Source: Rozella allomycis CSF55 (taxonomy: Eukaryota). Taken from it: a stretch of DNA of 53,641 nucleotides. This document shows, one piece after another, positions 1 to 12,048 of the stretch. Positions within the stretch are counted from its first letter, which is position 1, and each line of letters begins with the position of its first letter. The DNA lies in assembly GCA_000442015.1 (NCBI GenBank), contig KE561162.1, positions 1 to 53,641 of the forward strand. The letters are read 5' to 3'. The notes under the pieces were generated by a model. The model did no database searches and was not told where the DNA came from. It saw only the letters and a list, made by a program, of their open reading frames with translations. Position numbers and translations under genes: made by a program.

Positions 1-29
1 GAATATGGCGCCAATTTGTCAACCAGGGT

Positions 30-1826
30 ATGGACCCTACACCACATAAAGAAAGCATAGATTTTGTTAAATATTTATTGGATGGTTCTGGGGTAGAGTC
101 TTCAGTAGATTATGGTCAACTTCGAAGAGATTTGGAATCTATGAGTTCTCCAACGGTAAACTGGCGATTTAGCACAAATAGACTGATGTATCTGAAAAAT
201 CAGGAGCATCAATGATTAATAATACGCCTTCTTTATTAAATAAAAGTTTTGAATTTCCAAAATCCTTGTTAAAATCGAGAAGAAGAGAAGAAACACCTAA
301 AGATTCGTCGAATTCGTCACTTGATTCAACAAAGGTAAATATTAAATGAAAATTAAAAAGCTTGAAGTTGATTCTTTGAATAGAATGTTTGCAGAGGAAG
401 GATTGAAAGAATTTCCAGTTAATTTCTTTACTGGTGTATCCAAAGTTGTTGCACATAATATCACAGCTAAATTTTATGAGGTATTTGGGATGTTTAGGGA
501 CAGATTGAGAAAATTGAATTTATTGGAAGCTGAGAATCAAAAATTTAAGATTGAGATGGATCAAATAAAGCTGGATAATGAAAGGTTAACAATTGAGAAT
601 GATAAATTGATAATTGACAATAATAAATTAAAATCAGAGAATAATAAATTGTTGAAAGAAAATGAATCTTTGACTTGTGAATTTACAACTCTAAAAATAG
701 ATTCAGATGAAAGAAAAGATAAAAATGCAAATGAAAACAATTTAGAAATGAAAAAATTGAATGCAGAGATAAAATTTCTTAAAGAAAAGATTGAAAGAGA
801 AAAAAATGAAGCGAATAAAAATTTTAAAGAATTTATGGGAAGATTGCCAAAAGAAGGAGAATCAAAATATTTAGAAATGTTAAAACTATTTTCAAATGAA
901 AACAAAAATTTAGAAAAAGTTGGAATCTTTGAAAATAGAAATGAAGATGAAAAAATTGTGAATTCAAAGCCTGTTTCTATTTTAATTAAAGAAAATAATT
1001 TATTGAGAAAAGAAAATGATAGATTAAATTTAGAAATGGCTGGACTTCCATCTGCAAAGGAATGGAAAATCGTTCAAAGGAAAGTTAAAGATTTAGAACA
1101 AGAGTTAATTTCTTTATATAAAATTGGTAATTCTCACGATCTTACCCTTCGTTTAATAAAGCAAGACAAATTTAGAAATCTTTTAATAAAGAAACCAGAA
1201 ATTGCTGAGATTGAATCATCAGATGCCATCGATCTCGTCAAAGTAATTTCTTCTTTACATTTCAATAGACTATCTGCTTAAAAATGAAATTGGATGATCC
1301 TTACACTCTCTCTACTAGCATTGATCAGTTAATTCAAACAATAAAATATATCCCTGCAATGGAACGATTCATTAGAGAAGTTGACGTTCTTGTTTGGGGA
1401 AATGAAAAAGTATCACTTATTATTATCATTTAAAGGTTATTCTAACAAACGCTCCTCCTCATCGACTTACCTCCACCCTGGCAAATTTGAAGCGGATCAT
1501 GAAATTTCAGGGCGATAAAACTATCGATAGCGGTATCGATGCCCCTGATCCAATCACTCTTTCAATGATTGACCACTTTAAAGATCTATTCGATGTAACA
1601 AGCATTGAAGGTGTTTATCCAAAAATGAACGAAGTAAATGTTCATTACACTCATCACCTAGCTGTACGTATTCGTTCAAGAAACCAAACACGGATTACGA
1701 ATTTTGGCTGACCTCTTAGATTTATCTCCATCTGTCTCTACATCAAAGATATTGGAATCTATGGCTTCTTATCTCAGAGAAACCAATCAATCAAATAACT
1801 GCAAGGATATAAGCAACAATGAATAA
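30..1826 (+). CDS. CEP70: Centrosomal coiled-coil protein, CEP70-like (multi-exon)
   Basis: Exons joined across tiny GT-AG introns (e.g. 156-181, 335-360). Long coiled coil; C-terminal HFKDLFDVTSIEGVYPKMNE(L)Y resembles the CEP70 C-terminal motif. Confidence 0.65.
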
Positions 1827-1845
1827 AAAATGTTTTAGGCAATAT

Positions 1846-2427
1846 TTATTGCTTTGGCTCTGGTTTAAGAGGCACCACGTGAAGTCCTTCGCTAACGTTA
1901 GCCAACTTCAATTCCCATTCACCATTACTATCCCTCTCAAGCTTATGAACCTCACAATCGCCCATTACTAAAGTATTCTTTTTTGTTAAGCAATAAGGTT
2001 CACTAGCACCTAAAAATCCAATTTTTCGTATCTTTATCATGTCATTTTCAATTGGCTCTATTTGCCATAAAATATTCTTGTCTTTTCCAAATGCCTCAGT
2101 TTCACATTTTCCAAAGGCTATTCCGTGAGCTTTGTATAGATTTTGTTCGGGCGTAACACACATTGGATCAACCTTAGTATATAGACCCTTCTTCTTAATA
2201 TATGCCATAAACTTGCCATCGCCACTGCTCAAGTAACCCGGCACGTTTTTCCACGAAGTAGTACATATCTTTTCTTCCATGAGAACGTTTTCAAAGAACA
2301 CGTATATCAAGGATAGTCCATATTTCGCTGATGAACATCTAGTTAAATCACCCACAATTTTTTGTTCTATCGGTACCGAAAAAACAAATTGACTTAACGT
2401 AAATAGGAGGAGCGCCAAAGTTTTCAT
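1846..2427 (-). CDS. Secreted cysteine-containing protein, possible ricin-B/beta-trefoil lectin-like
   Basis: Intronless 193 aa ORF. Signal peptide MKTLALLLFTLSQFVFS; C..G..C, NILWQI and YCLT...VMGDC patterns. Confidence 0.55.
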   Translation of the reverse strand: MKTLALLLFTLSQFVFSVPIEQKIVGDLTRCSSAKYGLSLIYVFFENVLMEEKICTTSWKNVPGYLSSGDGKFMAYIKKKGLYTKVDPMCVTPEQNLYKAHGIAFGKCETEAFGKDKNILWQIEPIENDMIKIRKIGFLGASEPYCLTKKNTLVMGDCEVHKLERDSNGEWELKLANVSEGLHVVPLKPEPKQ

Positions 2428-2503
2428 TTTGAGACAGTTGTAACAGGAGCGATCCTTTTTTATGGTCTAGGCTAATTTTAGAAACAAAACAAATTCATTA
2501 ATT

Positions 2504-3518
2504 CTATTTATTCATTGAATTAATACAGGTCTTAGAAGTGTATTCATATGCCCTCTCACTTGTGAATGTATGGCCTATTTCTATTTTCATATTTTCTTAC
2601 CAGGAATATGTCCCATATATCCAGAGATGGGATTTCTATCTTTCAATGTCTTTGAAAAGGAGCCTGTTATGTCAGTGTGTTCCATTAACGCATTATTTCT
2701 TTGCTGTTCTAGTATTTTAGGATCTTGAGAAATGTCAAAATTCAAATGTCCGTACGGCGTCGCATATGTATATTTGCTCACTATTACAGTACTAAACATA
2801 ATATTTACATGGTATGTGCCCTGTAAATCCAGGAATCGGCTTCTTGTCATTTGCCAAAAAGTTTGCATGATGCACCCTGGGCTTTTGTCTTGCCACCGGT
2901 GCATCCATGTTAATATCTCCATCTAGTATAGTTTTCTTTACGCTTTTTCCGTAATGGTTTTTCATTTGTGGTATGTAGCCTGTATACCCAGAAATAAACC
3001 TGGCATTCTTTTCAATTTCTAAACTACAAACAACTTCTTCAAATACCTTCAGCTTCTGATATTGGTTTTGCTGCGAACCTAGACTTTACATTTTTATGCT
3101 CCTCCCTTGCTTGTAACTGAGATTGAATTCTTGCCAGTGTATGAGGGGTATCCATTGATCTGGTGTTCAGTTCTTGAAATTCATTAAAAGCATCCTTGGT
3201 AGTCTTAACATAGCCCTTTCCTAAATGTTCTTCTAAGCGGGGAACAAATCCTTTGTGAGAGACTAACAGTGTATTACCAGTATAGCCAGGAATTAAACCG
3301 TCAGAAAATCTATCGTCAGCTATTGCATTTCGCGGTTTTATTGTATTAACTTCATTGTTACCGTTGATCCTCTCAAGGCGCTTTTTCAAATTAGGGTCTT
3401 GCTGAACAATTCTCTTTGTTGCGTTGCCATAAGATTCTCCGATTTGATATTTTAAATTTGGTATGAAACCTGCATAACCAGGAGCTACTACAGTTGAAGA
3501 CTCTAACTTGGAGGGCAT
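2504..3518 (-). CDS. FAM166/CIMIP2-family ciliary microtubule inner protein (multi-exon)
   Basis: Repeated PGY[AT]G[FY][IV]P / SGYMGHIPG motifs; tiny introns, e.g. 3251-3277. Confidence 0.7.
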
Positions 3519-3661
3519 TAAGGAATGACAATAATTTGGTTGCTAAGGACAGGATTGCAATAAACTTATTTTATTCAAGAAATTATTCACAAAATGATAC
3601 AATTAATAGGTTATAGTCATGCTTGGATTAAATGATCAAAAATGAAAATGTCAGGCAAGAT

Positions 3662-4060
3662 TCAAGAATATTCTTCTTCAAAGTCATTCTCGCTATCAGA
3701 GGGTGGAAGGTCTAGCTGATAGTTGTCTATTTTACGGCTCTCTGACAATGATTTTTCTATTTCCGCAAACTTTGGTGGAAATATATCCTCAGCGATCAAC
3801 TGTTTCACATGATCTTGGTTCAATAAATGAACAACTTCAGCGTGAATTTTAGAATTCGCCATTTCGATATTTTGTACTATAAGGTAAGATCCCCTCTTGA
3901 CCCAAACTTTGCTGCGCATACGATTCGGTAATAGGGCTAGCCATTCTGTTCCATCTTCTTTTTCAACTGAATAAAGATTATTTCCTTTTGACTGGACTGC
4001 TTTAACTATTATTTGACCAGATTCCAATTCTGGAGCTTCTTTGTTTCTGTAATTTTTCAT
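3662..4060 (-). CDS. EIF1AD: eIF1A-domain RNA-binding protein
   Basis: SKGNNLYSVE...LALLPNRMRSKVWVKRGSYLIV and C-terminal DLPPSDSE. Likely start is the ATG at 4060. Confidence 0.85.
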   Translation of the reverse strand: MKNYRNKEAPELESGQIIVKAVQSKGNNLYSVEKEDGTEWLALLPNRMRSKVWVKRGSYLIVQNIEMANSKIHAEVVHLLNQDHVKQLIAEDIFPPKFAEIEKSLSESRKIDNYQLDLPPSDSENDFEEEYS

Positions 4061-4082
4061 TTTTCTACAAACGACCAGGGTA

Positions 4083-5478
4083 ATGAATCGTGCCTTTTCC
4101 AAATACGGTGTTTTGAGTAAAGCTCTATACTCCAATGCTAATTATCGTAAATTCCACACATCATGTAATTATAAAATATTAATTTCACACCAGTGAAACT
4201 TTTTAAAAGAACTGAAGATCTATATGAGCTTTTGGGTGTTTCTAAAGATTCTTCAATTAATGAAATCAAAAAGGCGTATTATCAAGTAAAAATTAATGAA
4301 TGTACTTGTTCAGCTTGCCAAGAAATATCATCCAGATACAAATAAGGAAAAGGACGCACAAGAAAAGTTTATTAAAATACAGAACGCATATGAAGTAAGA
4401 AACAAATAGTGGTTGGATAGGTTTTATCTGATGAAAATAAGCGAGCCCAATATGATCAATTTGGAGTGGCAGGAGATGGAATGAATGATAGTTCTGGAGG
4501 TGCGGGATTCTATCAGCAACATCATAATATGAGCATGGATGATATTTTCAATACAATTTTTGGGAATACAGGGGGTAATCCATTTGGCGATATATTTGGG
4601 GACCAACCTACTCATATTCCTTCAGACGTTGTTGTAAAATATCGTATTTGAATTTATTTCCAGGTTTCAATTCCAGTTACATTTATGGAATGGGTAACTG
4701 GGGCTAAAAAGACGATTACATTTTCAAGAAATGTGAGATGTTCTGACTGTGATGGAAAAGGTTATCCATTAGGAAGTAAAGCGTCTAGATGTTCAGATTG
4801 TGATGGAACTGGAATGGTAATGAAATTCTTTATTGTTTAATTCTAGCGTAGATTTAGAGGTGGAAGAGGAATCGACGCCACTGTGACTTGCATGAAGTGT
4901 AGAGGGTCTGGTCGTTCCCACAGAGACACATGCAGAACTTGCGCCGGTGAAGGGGTGAAACAAGTTAAAGAAACTTTGAATATAAAAATACCACGAGGAG
5001 TTGGAAACGCAATGAAAATGAGCGGTAAAGGAAATGAAGCAAATGATCGTCGTTATCGAGCAGGAAATTTGATAATTCAATTGAATGTCCAGCCAAGTTC
5101 TGTATTCAAGAGAGTTGACGACGACATTTACGTTGATATTCAAATTCCATTCACGACAGCAATCCTTGGAGGTTCCGTCAGAGTTCCAACAATAGCAGGT
5201 GACGTCGATTTAAAAATCCCAGCTGGAACTCAACCAGAAGAAAGGAAAAGATTACGAAATAGAGGCATCAGTAATGAAATGACTGGAAATGTCGGTCATG
5301 AATACGTAACGTTCAAAGTCACCCTCCCAACGTAAACTTCAAATTACTTTAACAAAGTAAACTAAGCGATAAACAAAAGGCTCTGCTAGAATTATTTAAC
5401 GAACCAGAATCAGAACAAGAAAAGAATCGTGATTGGAAATCATTCCTAAAAAATATGTTTAAAATGTCACATTCTTGA
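4083..5478 (+). CDS. MDJ1: Mitochondrial type I DnaJ chaperone (multi-exon)
   Basis: Presequence-like N-terminus, J-domain with YHPD (4326-4337), G/F region, CxxCxGxG repeats, C-terminal AILGGSVRVPT and IPAGTQP. Confidence 0.88.
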
Positions 5479-5793
5479 ATTAAACCCGCATGTTCCCTAA
5501 TAAATTACCTTAAACGTTTCCAATTTGTAGTGGCTTTTTCTTTGCCAGGGTCACTTTTTCTGTCCCACAAGCATGAACCAAATTCGTATCCTTTTTGTTT
5601 ATATTGTGTTCACCAATTTCTAGTGTTTGTATGGTGGCCGTTCTGGTCGTAGCCATGCGAACAAAATCTTCTATGATGGAAAACTTACTTCGCTGACGTA
5701 AATGAAGTTTGTTTAGTCATAGTTACTCTGAGAAGATTATTTTATTTTATTCTGACAAAAATATTACAAATGGTGTTATCACTTAACTTTTAG

Positions 5794-6017
5794 ATATCGT
5801 TAAAGGAACAATGCTCACTTTTACGTAAGCTTTTCAAAAACGCAATTCTAGTGACTCCTCAGTAAAGCAAATCGCACTTCACCTAAATGAATCTTTAAAT
5901 TTTGTTATCCAAGATGTTGATGACACACATTTGTTCGTTGACTCCAATTATGCAGAAAACATTGTAAAACAAGTTCAAGCTCAATTAGATAAAAATGTTT
6001 ACATCAAGCCTAAATAA
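5794..6017 (+). CDS. TFB5: TFIIH subunit TFB5/p8 (start not resolved; absent from the ORF track)
   Basis: After removing intron 5825-5851: IVKGTMLTFTDSSVKQIALHLNESLNFVIQDVDDTHLFVDSNYAENIVKQVQAQLDKN, matching the TFB5 IQDLDDTHLFV signature. Confidence 0.8.
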
Positions 6018-6069
6018 TAAATTTCAAGGAAAAAAATTGGTCATCATCTGTAATTTTTTACCAGGGCTT

Positions 6070-7788
6070 ATGATATTTTTCCATTTATTTTTTCTAGGTT
6101 CCTTGTACTGCCAAACTAGTACAGAAGAAGATACATTAACGTCCAGTAGTTCAAATCCAAAAGAATTGGATAATATGCCCGACTCTGTGTTGCAACGACT
6201 TTATGAATATTTGCCGCTTCAGGATGGTTTGAGTTTAAGGTCAACTGCAAATATTTTTAGAAAAACCTTTGATATCACCAAAACCTCGCTAGCCCCAAAG
6301 GTACTTCAGCGAGCATTTGATGAAAATAGCGATATAGCGATAAATGATATGATAAACTCTCTCAAATCTAGAAAAGAAATCTACAAATCTGAAAATTATG
6401 ATTTGATTGCACGAATCTACTATTTTAGTTTACATGATGATAATTTAAAGGCAAAAATTTTGAATGAGCTAAAAGAGAGGAATATCGTTTTGAAAATGAT
6501 TAATGGCTTGTGGCCATTATCGCCCGAAATTGCTAGAGTTTTATATAATGAAAATTGCAGTAAAGATCCAGAAGAGGCATTGAATGACATTATTGAAATG
6601 GATTGCGAAAACCTATTGAAATATTTTTTTCCAGAAGCACATAAAAATAGTCTAAAGGCTAAATCAATGATGGAAGTTGCATTGAAATATGATTCCGTTA
6701 AGGTATTCAAATATCTATTCATCAGACGGGGTATGAATCCAGTAGAATCCTGGGAAATTCCATTTATGCTTTACCCTGGATCCGATGAATTCGTCGAGAA
6801 CATTATTTTAAAATATAGTATACTTTTGGGATCTGAGAAAATATCGAAATTTCTTTATCAAATAGTATTTAAAGCAAAACTGGAAGGTAGAATTGTTAAC
6901 TTATTTCAAGATTCCTTGAATAATGCAATTTTCCTTGACGAATGCAAAATTGTCAAGACACTTCAAGCAATATATCCTGCGACATTCTTTGACGTGAGGA
7001 GAATCACCAAAACATTCGTGAACCGTAAAATTGCTTTAGGTTTGTGTATGTTAAAAGGAAATCCCGATGCTATCCCCGAAACAGTTTGGCAATTGTCGCG
7101 GAATCATAATCTTCGAGCGGTTAAATCGATATTTGGAGAATTTCCTGAAAAGATAAATGAAATTGCTAAACAGCTCGTTTCATCAAAAAGTATCGATTTC
7201 ATCGGGAATATTTTGGAAGATGATTTATTCTTACTTCATATTGAAGATATGATTGATGCGACAGACATGCTTTTTTTCGATTATTCTCGTCATTCTTTTA
7301 AAGAAATGCTATTGCATCATAAAAAAGTACTAGAAGCTGATAAAAAGGTCTTGGAGGCAGTAAAAAGTGATTCTCCAGAAGTCATTGATATTTACTTGAA
7401 GAATGGATTGATTTCAAAACTTGTTGTTTTCGCATACGCCACTGTCCACAAAAATTACTTTAATGTCATCGAGTTTTTAATCAGAGAATATCGTTATGAA
7501 ATAAACATTGCCGAATTTCAGCACATTCTTTTCAATGAGTACAATCAAGGAAGTTTAAACATTCCAAACGTCAAAAAGTTCTTTCTCATATTATCGAGAT
7601 GGAATGATGTATTGTTCCAATCTTTTCAATCCTATTATAACTTCCCATTGCTGGATTTCGTATTGGATAATATGGAGTTGGACGTCGATTCAACTATTGA
7701 TTACATGAAGCTGCTCGCGGTTGATTTTAACTATTCTTTTACTAAATCTGAAAAGGAACGAATGGATATTTACTTAAGATTCTTTTAA
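6070..7788 (+). CDS. Secreted protein with an N-terminal F-box-like motif and helical (ankyrin-like) repeats
   Basis: Intronless. Signal peptide MIFFHLFFLGSLYC; LDNMPDSVLQRLYEYLPLQDGLSLRSTANIFR; repeats such as MEVALKYDSVKVFKYLF and LEAVKSDSPEVIDIYLKNG. Confidence 0.6.
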   Translation: MIFFHLFFLGSLYCQTSTEEDTLTSSSSNPKELDNMPDSVLQRLYEYLPLQDGLSLRSTANIFRKTFDITKTSLAPKVLQRAFDENSDIAINDMINSLKSRKEIYKSENYDLIARIYYFSLHDDNLKAKILNELKERNIVLKMINGLWPLSPEIARVLYNENCSKDPEEALNDIIEMDCENLLKYFFPEAHKNSLKAKSMMEVALKYDSVKVFKYLFIRRGMNPVESWEIPFMLYPGSDEFVENIILKYSILLGSEKISKFLYQIVFKAKLEGRIVNLFQDSLNNAIFLDECKIVKTLQAIYPATFFDVRRITKTFVNRKIALGLCMLKGNPDAIPETVWQLSRNHNLRAVKSIFGEFPEKINEIAKQLVSSKSIDFIGNILEDDLFLLHIEDMIDATDMLFFDYSRHSFKEMLLHHKKVLEADKKVLEAVKSDSPEVIDIYLKNGLISKLVVFAYATVHKNYFNVIEFLIREYRYEINIAEFQHILFNEYNQGSLNIPNVKKFFLILSRWNDVLFQSFQSYYNFPLLDFVLDNMELDVDSTIDYMKLLAVDFNYSFTKSEKERMDIYLRFF

Positions 7789-7818
7789 GAAATAAAAATG
7801 TCATTTAATCAAACAAAT

Positions 7819-8962
7819 TTATTCAATCCTTTTTGTTCCTTTTAATATATTCTTTATAGCCTATTAAAATTGATATTTGAGTAGCATCTTACATTATTTC
7901 CAAAATTTTCGTCTAGGGTCACATTGTTGCCAATTTTCAAGTCCTTTCCAAGGACAGGGGTTGGCCAATGCTTCATGGCCTTTTCAAGTTTAGGATCCAA
8001 TTTTCTTTTCTTTTTATTACATGTTTTTAGAATATTTATTGATTCATCTTCAGTATTTTTCTTGCATATCTTTTTGGTTTGAATAGGTGCTTTGGTAGAA
8101 AGTACTGTGCCACCAAATTCATAATATACAGCAAAATCATTGTTTTGTTTCTTAACCTTGTCAACTTCTATAATCCCTTTTTTAATAACATGGGTGTCAG
8201 GAGTTGGAAGTCTATTGTAATGTTCATCATTAATTCTTTACAATGTCGAGAATTCCGGGCGCAGTGATTTCATTTTGTTAAATTTTTTTATTACATGAGC
8301 ATCGCAATAATTGTGCTTGGCCTTATTTATAAATGTTGAGCATTGTTTTTCATTTTCTCTATAGTCACACAAGCCGACATCAACAGACTTTCCCAATATC
8401 AGCATTTGTTCCTTTCCATCAATGCTACATCCTTCGACAGTTTTAAAGTGAGAAGAATTTTTCTATTCATTTTAACTTTGTAAATTACATTCAAATTTTT
8501 AAGTACAGTAGGGTTAATTATAGCAACCAATAATCCCAAGTCGCACAAAGGATAAAATTGCTTAAATGCGTCATTAAATAAGAATAAGTTACAAACAGTT
8601 TCTTTCATGTCAAATATCTTCAGCATTGCATATTTTTCTCCGTGCACAGTCGTCTTTTCTGGCGAACCAAATATGATGACGCCTGCAAACACACAATTTT
8701 CTTCGCACTCATTTAACATATCTAATTGTGATAGTTCAAGAAACCTTTTATTTTTCATAGACTCTACAAAATATATGAGCTTTTGTTTTGAATCATCTGA
8801 TAAACGAATCCCAGTGAAAGGATCTTTCTCTATTTCATATTCATATTTGTTCAGATTTCCAGATTCACATTTAAAACTCTTCAGTTTTTCTGTTTTTGTT
8901 TTTGCTTCTTTTTCCACCGTTTGCTTTTTAAACTCAAGAAATCTGGAAGCAATTGATTTCAT
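7819..8962 (-). CDS. MCM10: DNA replication factor MCM10 (multi-exon)
   Basis: DPFTGIRL; OB fold (GEKYAMLKIFDM, LFLFNDAF, VAIINP); zinc finger DVGLC...CSTFINKAKHNYCDAH near 8290-8385. Confidence 0.8.
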
Positions 8963-9001
8963 GAAAATTCAAAGCTCAGTACAATAAATTTAAAAAGTTA
9001 T

Positions 9002-9921
9002 TTATTTTTTCTTTATTTCCATTTGAGTTCCTTTCGTTCTCATTTTAGAAGAGTCAAAGGTTTGCCTCTTCTTCTTTGCCTTGCATATCTGTTCATGGAC
9101 TTCTATTCTATCTGTTGCAAATCGTCTGTGACAATTTGAGCACACTATTCTATTGTCATTAGCTTTTGCTGGATATTTAACATCATGTTCCAATTCCGGC
9201 TCTTTTGCTATTTCAGCCTTATCAACAATTTTGTGTTCCACATGTGCCGTTTTATCAGAAGCTCGGGTAGCCAAACTATTTTCGATATCTATATTTTCAG
9301 GGGTTTCGACTTTAGGTGAAACTGTATGCTTAATGGCACCAAGAACCGCTTTGGGCAGCCTGGGCGGGTTGGCGTAATCAGGAAGATTAAGTTGTTGTCG
9401 ATGATTTGGTGGAGCGGATCTTTGTGGCCTTGAGATAACTGCTGAATCACTCAAAGTTCTTTGTCTGTGTTTATCATCATCTAGTGTATCCATCGGTGCT
9501 GGGGCTTTCAAAGGTTCTAGCTCTATACCAAACTTTGGTGCGCTCCTTGTTTTAAGTGGTGCGTGAAGAACCGTCATTGTTCTATTTCTTTTTGTTTGAA
9601 CAACCGGATGATAAACCTTTACGGTTTGCTGTGACACTTTGAGAACTGGAATTGGCGGTTTAACTTGTTGAATAAAGGTTTCGTATTCTTGTATGAGAGA
9701 TGATTGTGGTCTTTTAATTAATCCTTGTTGCAATTGGTTCTTTTGCTGTTGCTGTGTATCTCTGTGCGTGTGAAAGAAATGCCGCAAAACGCCTCTGCCG
9801 CGCAATCTATCAATTGATGCATCATATTCTTTCACTTTATCAAAGTAATCTTTGAGAGGCTGTGAAAAGTATTACCTTGCACTCGATTTGTTGTAAAGGT
9901 TTTTTGATTCGCATCCGACAT
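9002..9921 (-). CDS. C2HC-type zinc finger protein (ZC2HC1/FAM164-like)
   Basis: CSNCHRRFATDRIEVHEQIC followed by KKRQTFDSSKMR. Confidence 0.75.
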
Positions 9922-10032
9922 TACTAATAATAGCTCAATGTTAAAGCATCCTAAATCACTTCAGTCTTCATGTTACATTTGTTCTTATTTACAACAGCAA
10001 AGAAACAAAATGCATGAATATTGTAAATTTCC

Positions 10033-11972
10033 ATGTCTGCTTGTGGATGTGAATATGAACGAGGCGCCGAAGAATCTCTTGACAATAACAGCGACCTTAC
10101 TTGGTACATTATTTACCTTTGATATAAAATAGTCCTATTTGCTTTTCAGATTTTAGTGAGCCTTTCATNTTTTAGCGAGCCTTTCATGACAAAGTGCGGA
10201 CATTCTTTTTGGTACAGCATTAAAAATTATGTCTCACAGTTATAAATGCATATTGAAGGCACTAGAAAACAACAGCTTGTGCCCTTATTGCCAAAGTTTC
10301 TTAACTCGGTCTATGATCTATCCAAACTTTACTCGTAAGAAACAATGCAGTTTCATATGCAGTTAATTCACTTTTGGAAAGATTAAAAAAGACAAAAGAA
10401 GGGGATTATATCACACAATTAATGTCTAAAGACTACCTAAGAGGGGAAGGTATGGAGTGTATTTTTTGCGAATTAGATTATGAAAGAATGATTGAACAAA
10501 TGACTGTTAAAAAACATGAAATAGAATTATGTTCAAAGAAAATTGATTATAAAGTGATTTATAAATTTCTAAAGAAAATCAAAGAAGCCAAAACAGCTGA
10601 ATATGAGCGAGTGCTTAATGAAATCAAAATTCTTGATGAAGATTATAAAAACGTTGAAAAATTCGTTGAGAATTTAGATTATTCAGATGATGAAACCTTT
10701 GAAGTTCCAGAAAATGATTCAAGGATGAGAAATGGAGCAAAAAGAAGTCATTCAGTAAATTTCTCTATTTATATTAATCAAGGAAATGCAAAATAGTTTT
10801 TATTCGACTTTCTTAAATTTAGATAAGCGAACTTGCAATCATCTCGGGGATCTTACAGCTTCTTATTTCAACCATCGATTAAATTCGGGGACCTTTCAAT
10901 CCTTTTCTGAGGTGATTTCAAAATTCTTTAAATATTCACATTTTCGTATCATCAAATCAATTCATGTCTCAGATATCACCCATTCGAACCAAATTGTTTC
11001 GTCCATTGAGTTTAACACAAAAGGATCATTGTTTGCCACTGGTGGTGTAACTAAAAAAATTAGAATTTTTGATTTCCACAGCATTGTTGAAGATAAATCC
11101 TTGACATTGCATTGCCCCTCCCATGAAATACAAACCCCTGCTAAAATAAGTTGCCTTTGCTGGAATTCATTTTTGAAAAGCCAAATCGCATGTAGTGATT
11201 ACGAAGGAGCTATTACCATTTATGATGTAGAGAAAGGCTCCAATCCAGTTATGACCTTTGATGAACATGAGAAAAGAGCGTGGTCGGTTCATGTGTCACC
11301 TTCAGATCCAATGCGTTTAGCCTCAGGCTCAGATGATTGCAGAGTCAAAATTTGGTCAATTAATCAACGTCAATCGGTTTTAACAATTGATAGCCGCGTT
11401 AACGTGTGTTCTGTTCAGTTTAATCCAATGTCTAGTGATCAAGTTACTTTTGGATCTTCTGGTAATCATAGAATTTGCTACTAGTTAGACCATAAAATGT
11501 ATCTATTTGATCTAAGAAATCCTTCGGAACCACTCAACACTTTTGATGGACATAAGAAGGCGGTGTCTCATGTGAAATACGTAGACTCCAACACACTAGT
11601 GACTGCTTCAACAGATAGCACATTGAAATTATGGTGTGCACTAACTGGTGCCTTGCTGAGAACTTACAAAGGCCACTTCAATGAAAGAAATTTTGTTGGT
11701 TTGTCTATCAATAATGATTTTATTGCCTGTGGAAGTGAGAACAATTCAGTTTATTGCTATCATCGAGAGGCGTCTGATCCTTTAATTACTATGAATTTCG
11801 GTTCTTTCAATCCTCTAACTGTAAGCTATTCGTTCTTCAATATTCAAAGGGACGCGAAACTTTTGAAGAGTCTACACCGAACTTTGTAAGTAGTGTGAGC
11901 TGGCTTCGTAACTCTAATTACCTTCTAGCTGCAAACAGTCAAGGTATAATTAAATGCTTATCTATGAACTAA
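10033..11972 (+). CDS. COP1: COP1-like E3 ubiquitin ligase (RING + coiled coil + WD40)
   Basis: Spliced RING CPIC..EPFMTKCGHSFCYKCI..CPYC; WD40 with IVSSIEF, GVTKKI, SDYEG, EHEKRAWSV, GHKKAVSHV, NERNFVGL, ACGSENN, AANSQGIIK. Confidence 0.92.
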
Positions 11973-12048
11973 CTTAACTTGTAACCAATAAAATAAATCT
12001 TATTTCAACATTACAGTCATGGACTTTACAAATTTCGGATTTCAAAAA

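Noticed and set aside
5500-5720. Small minus-strand gene (MATTRTATIQTLEIG...)
   Set aside because: Splice-like signals are present, but I could not build one convincing model or recognise a family.
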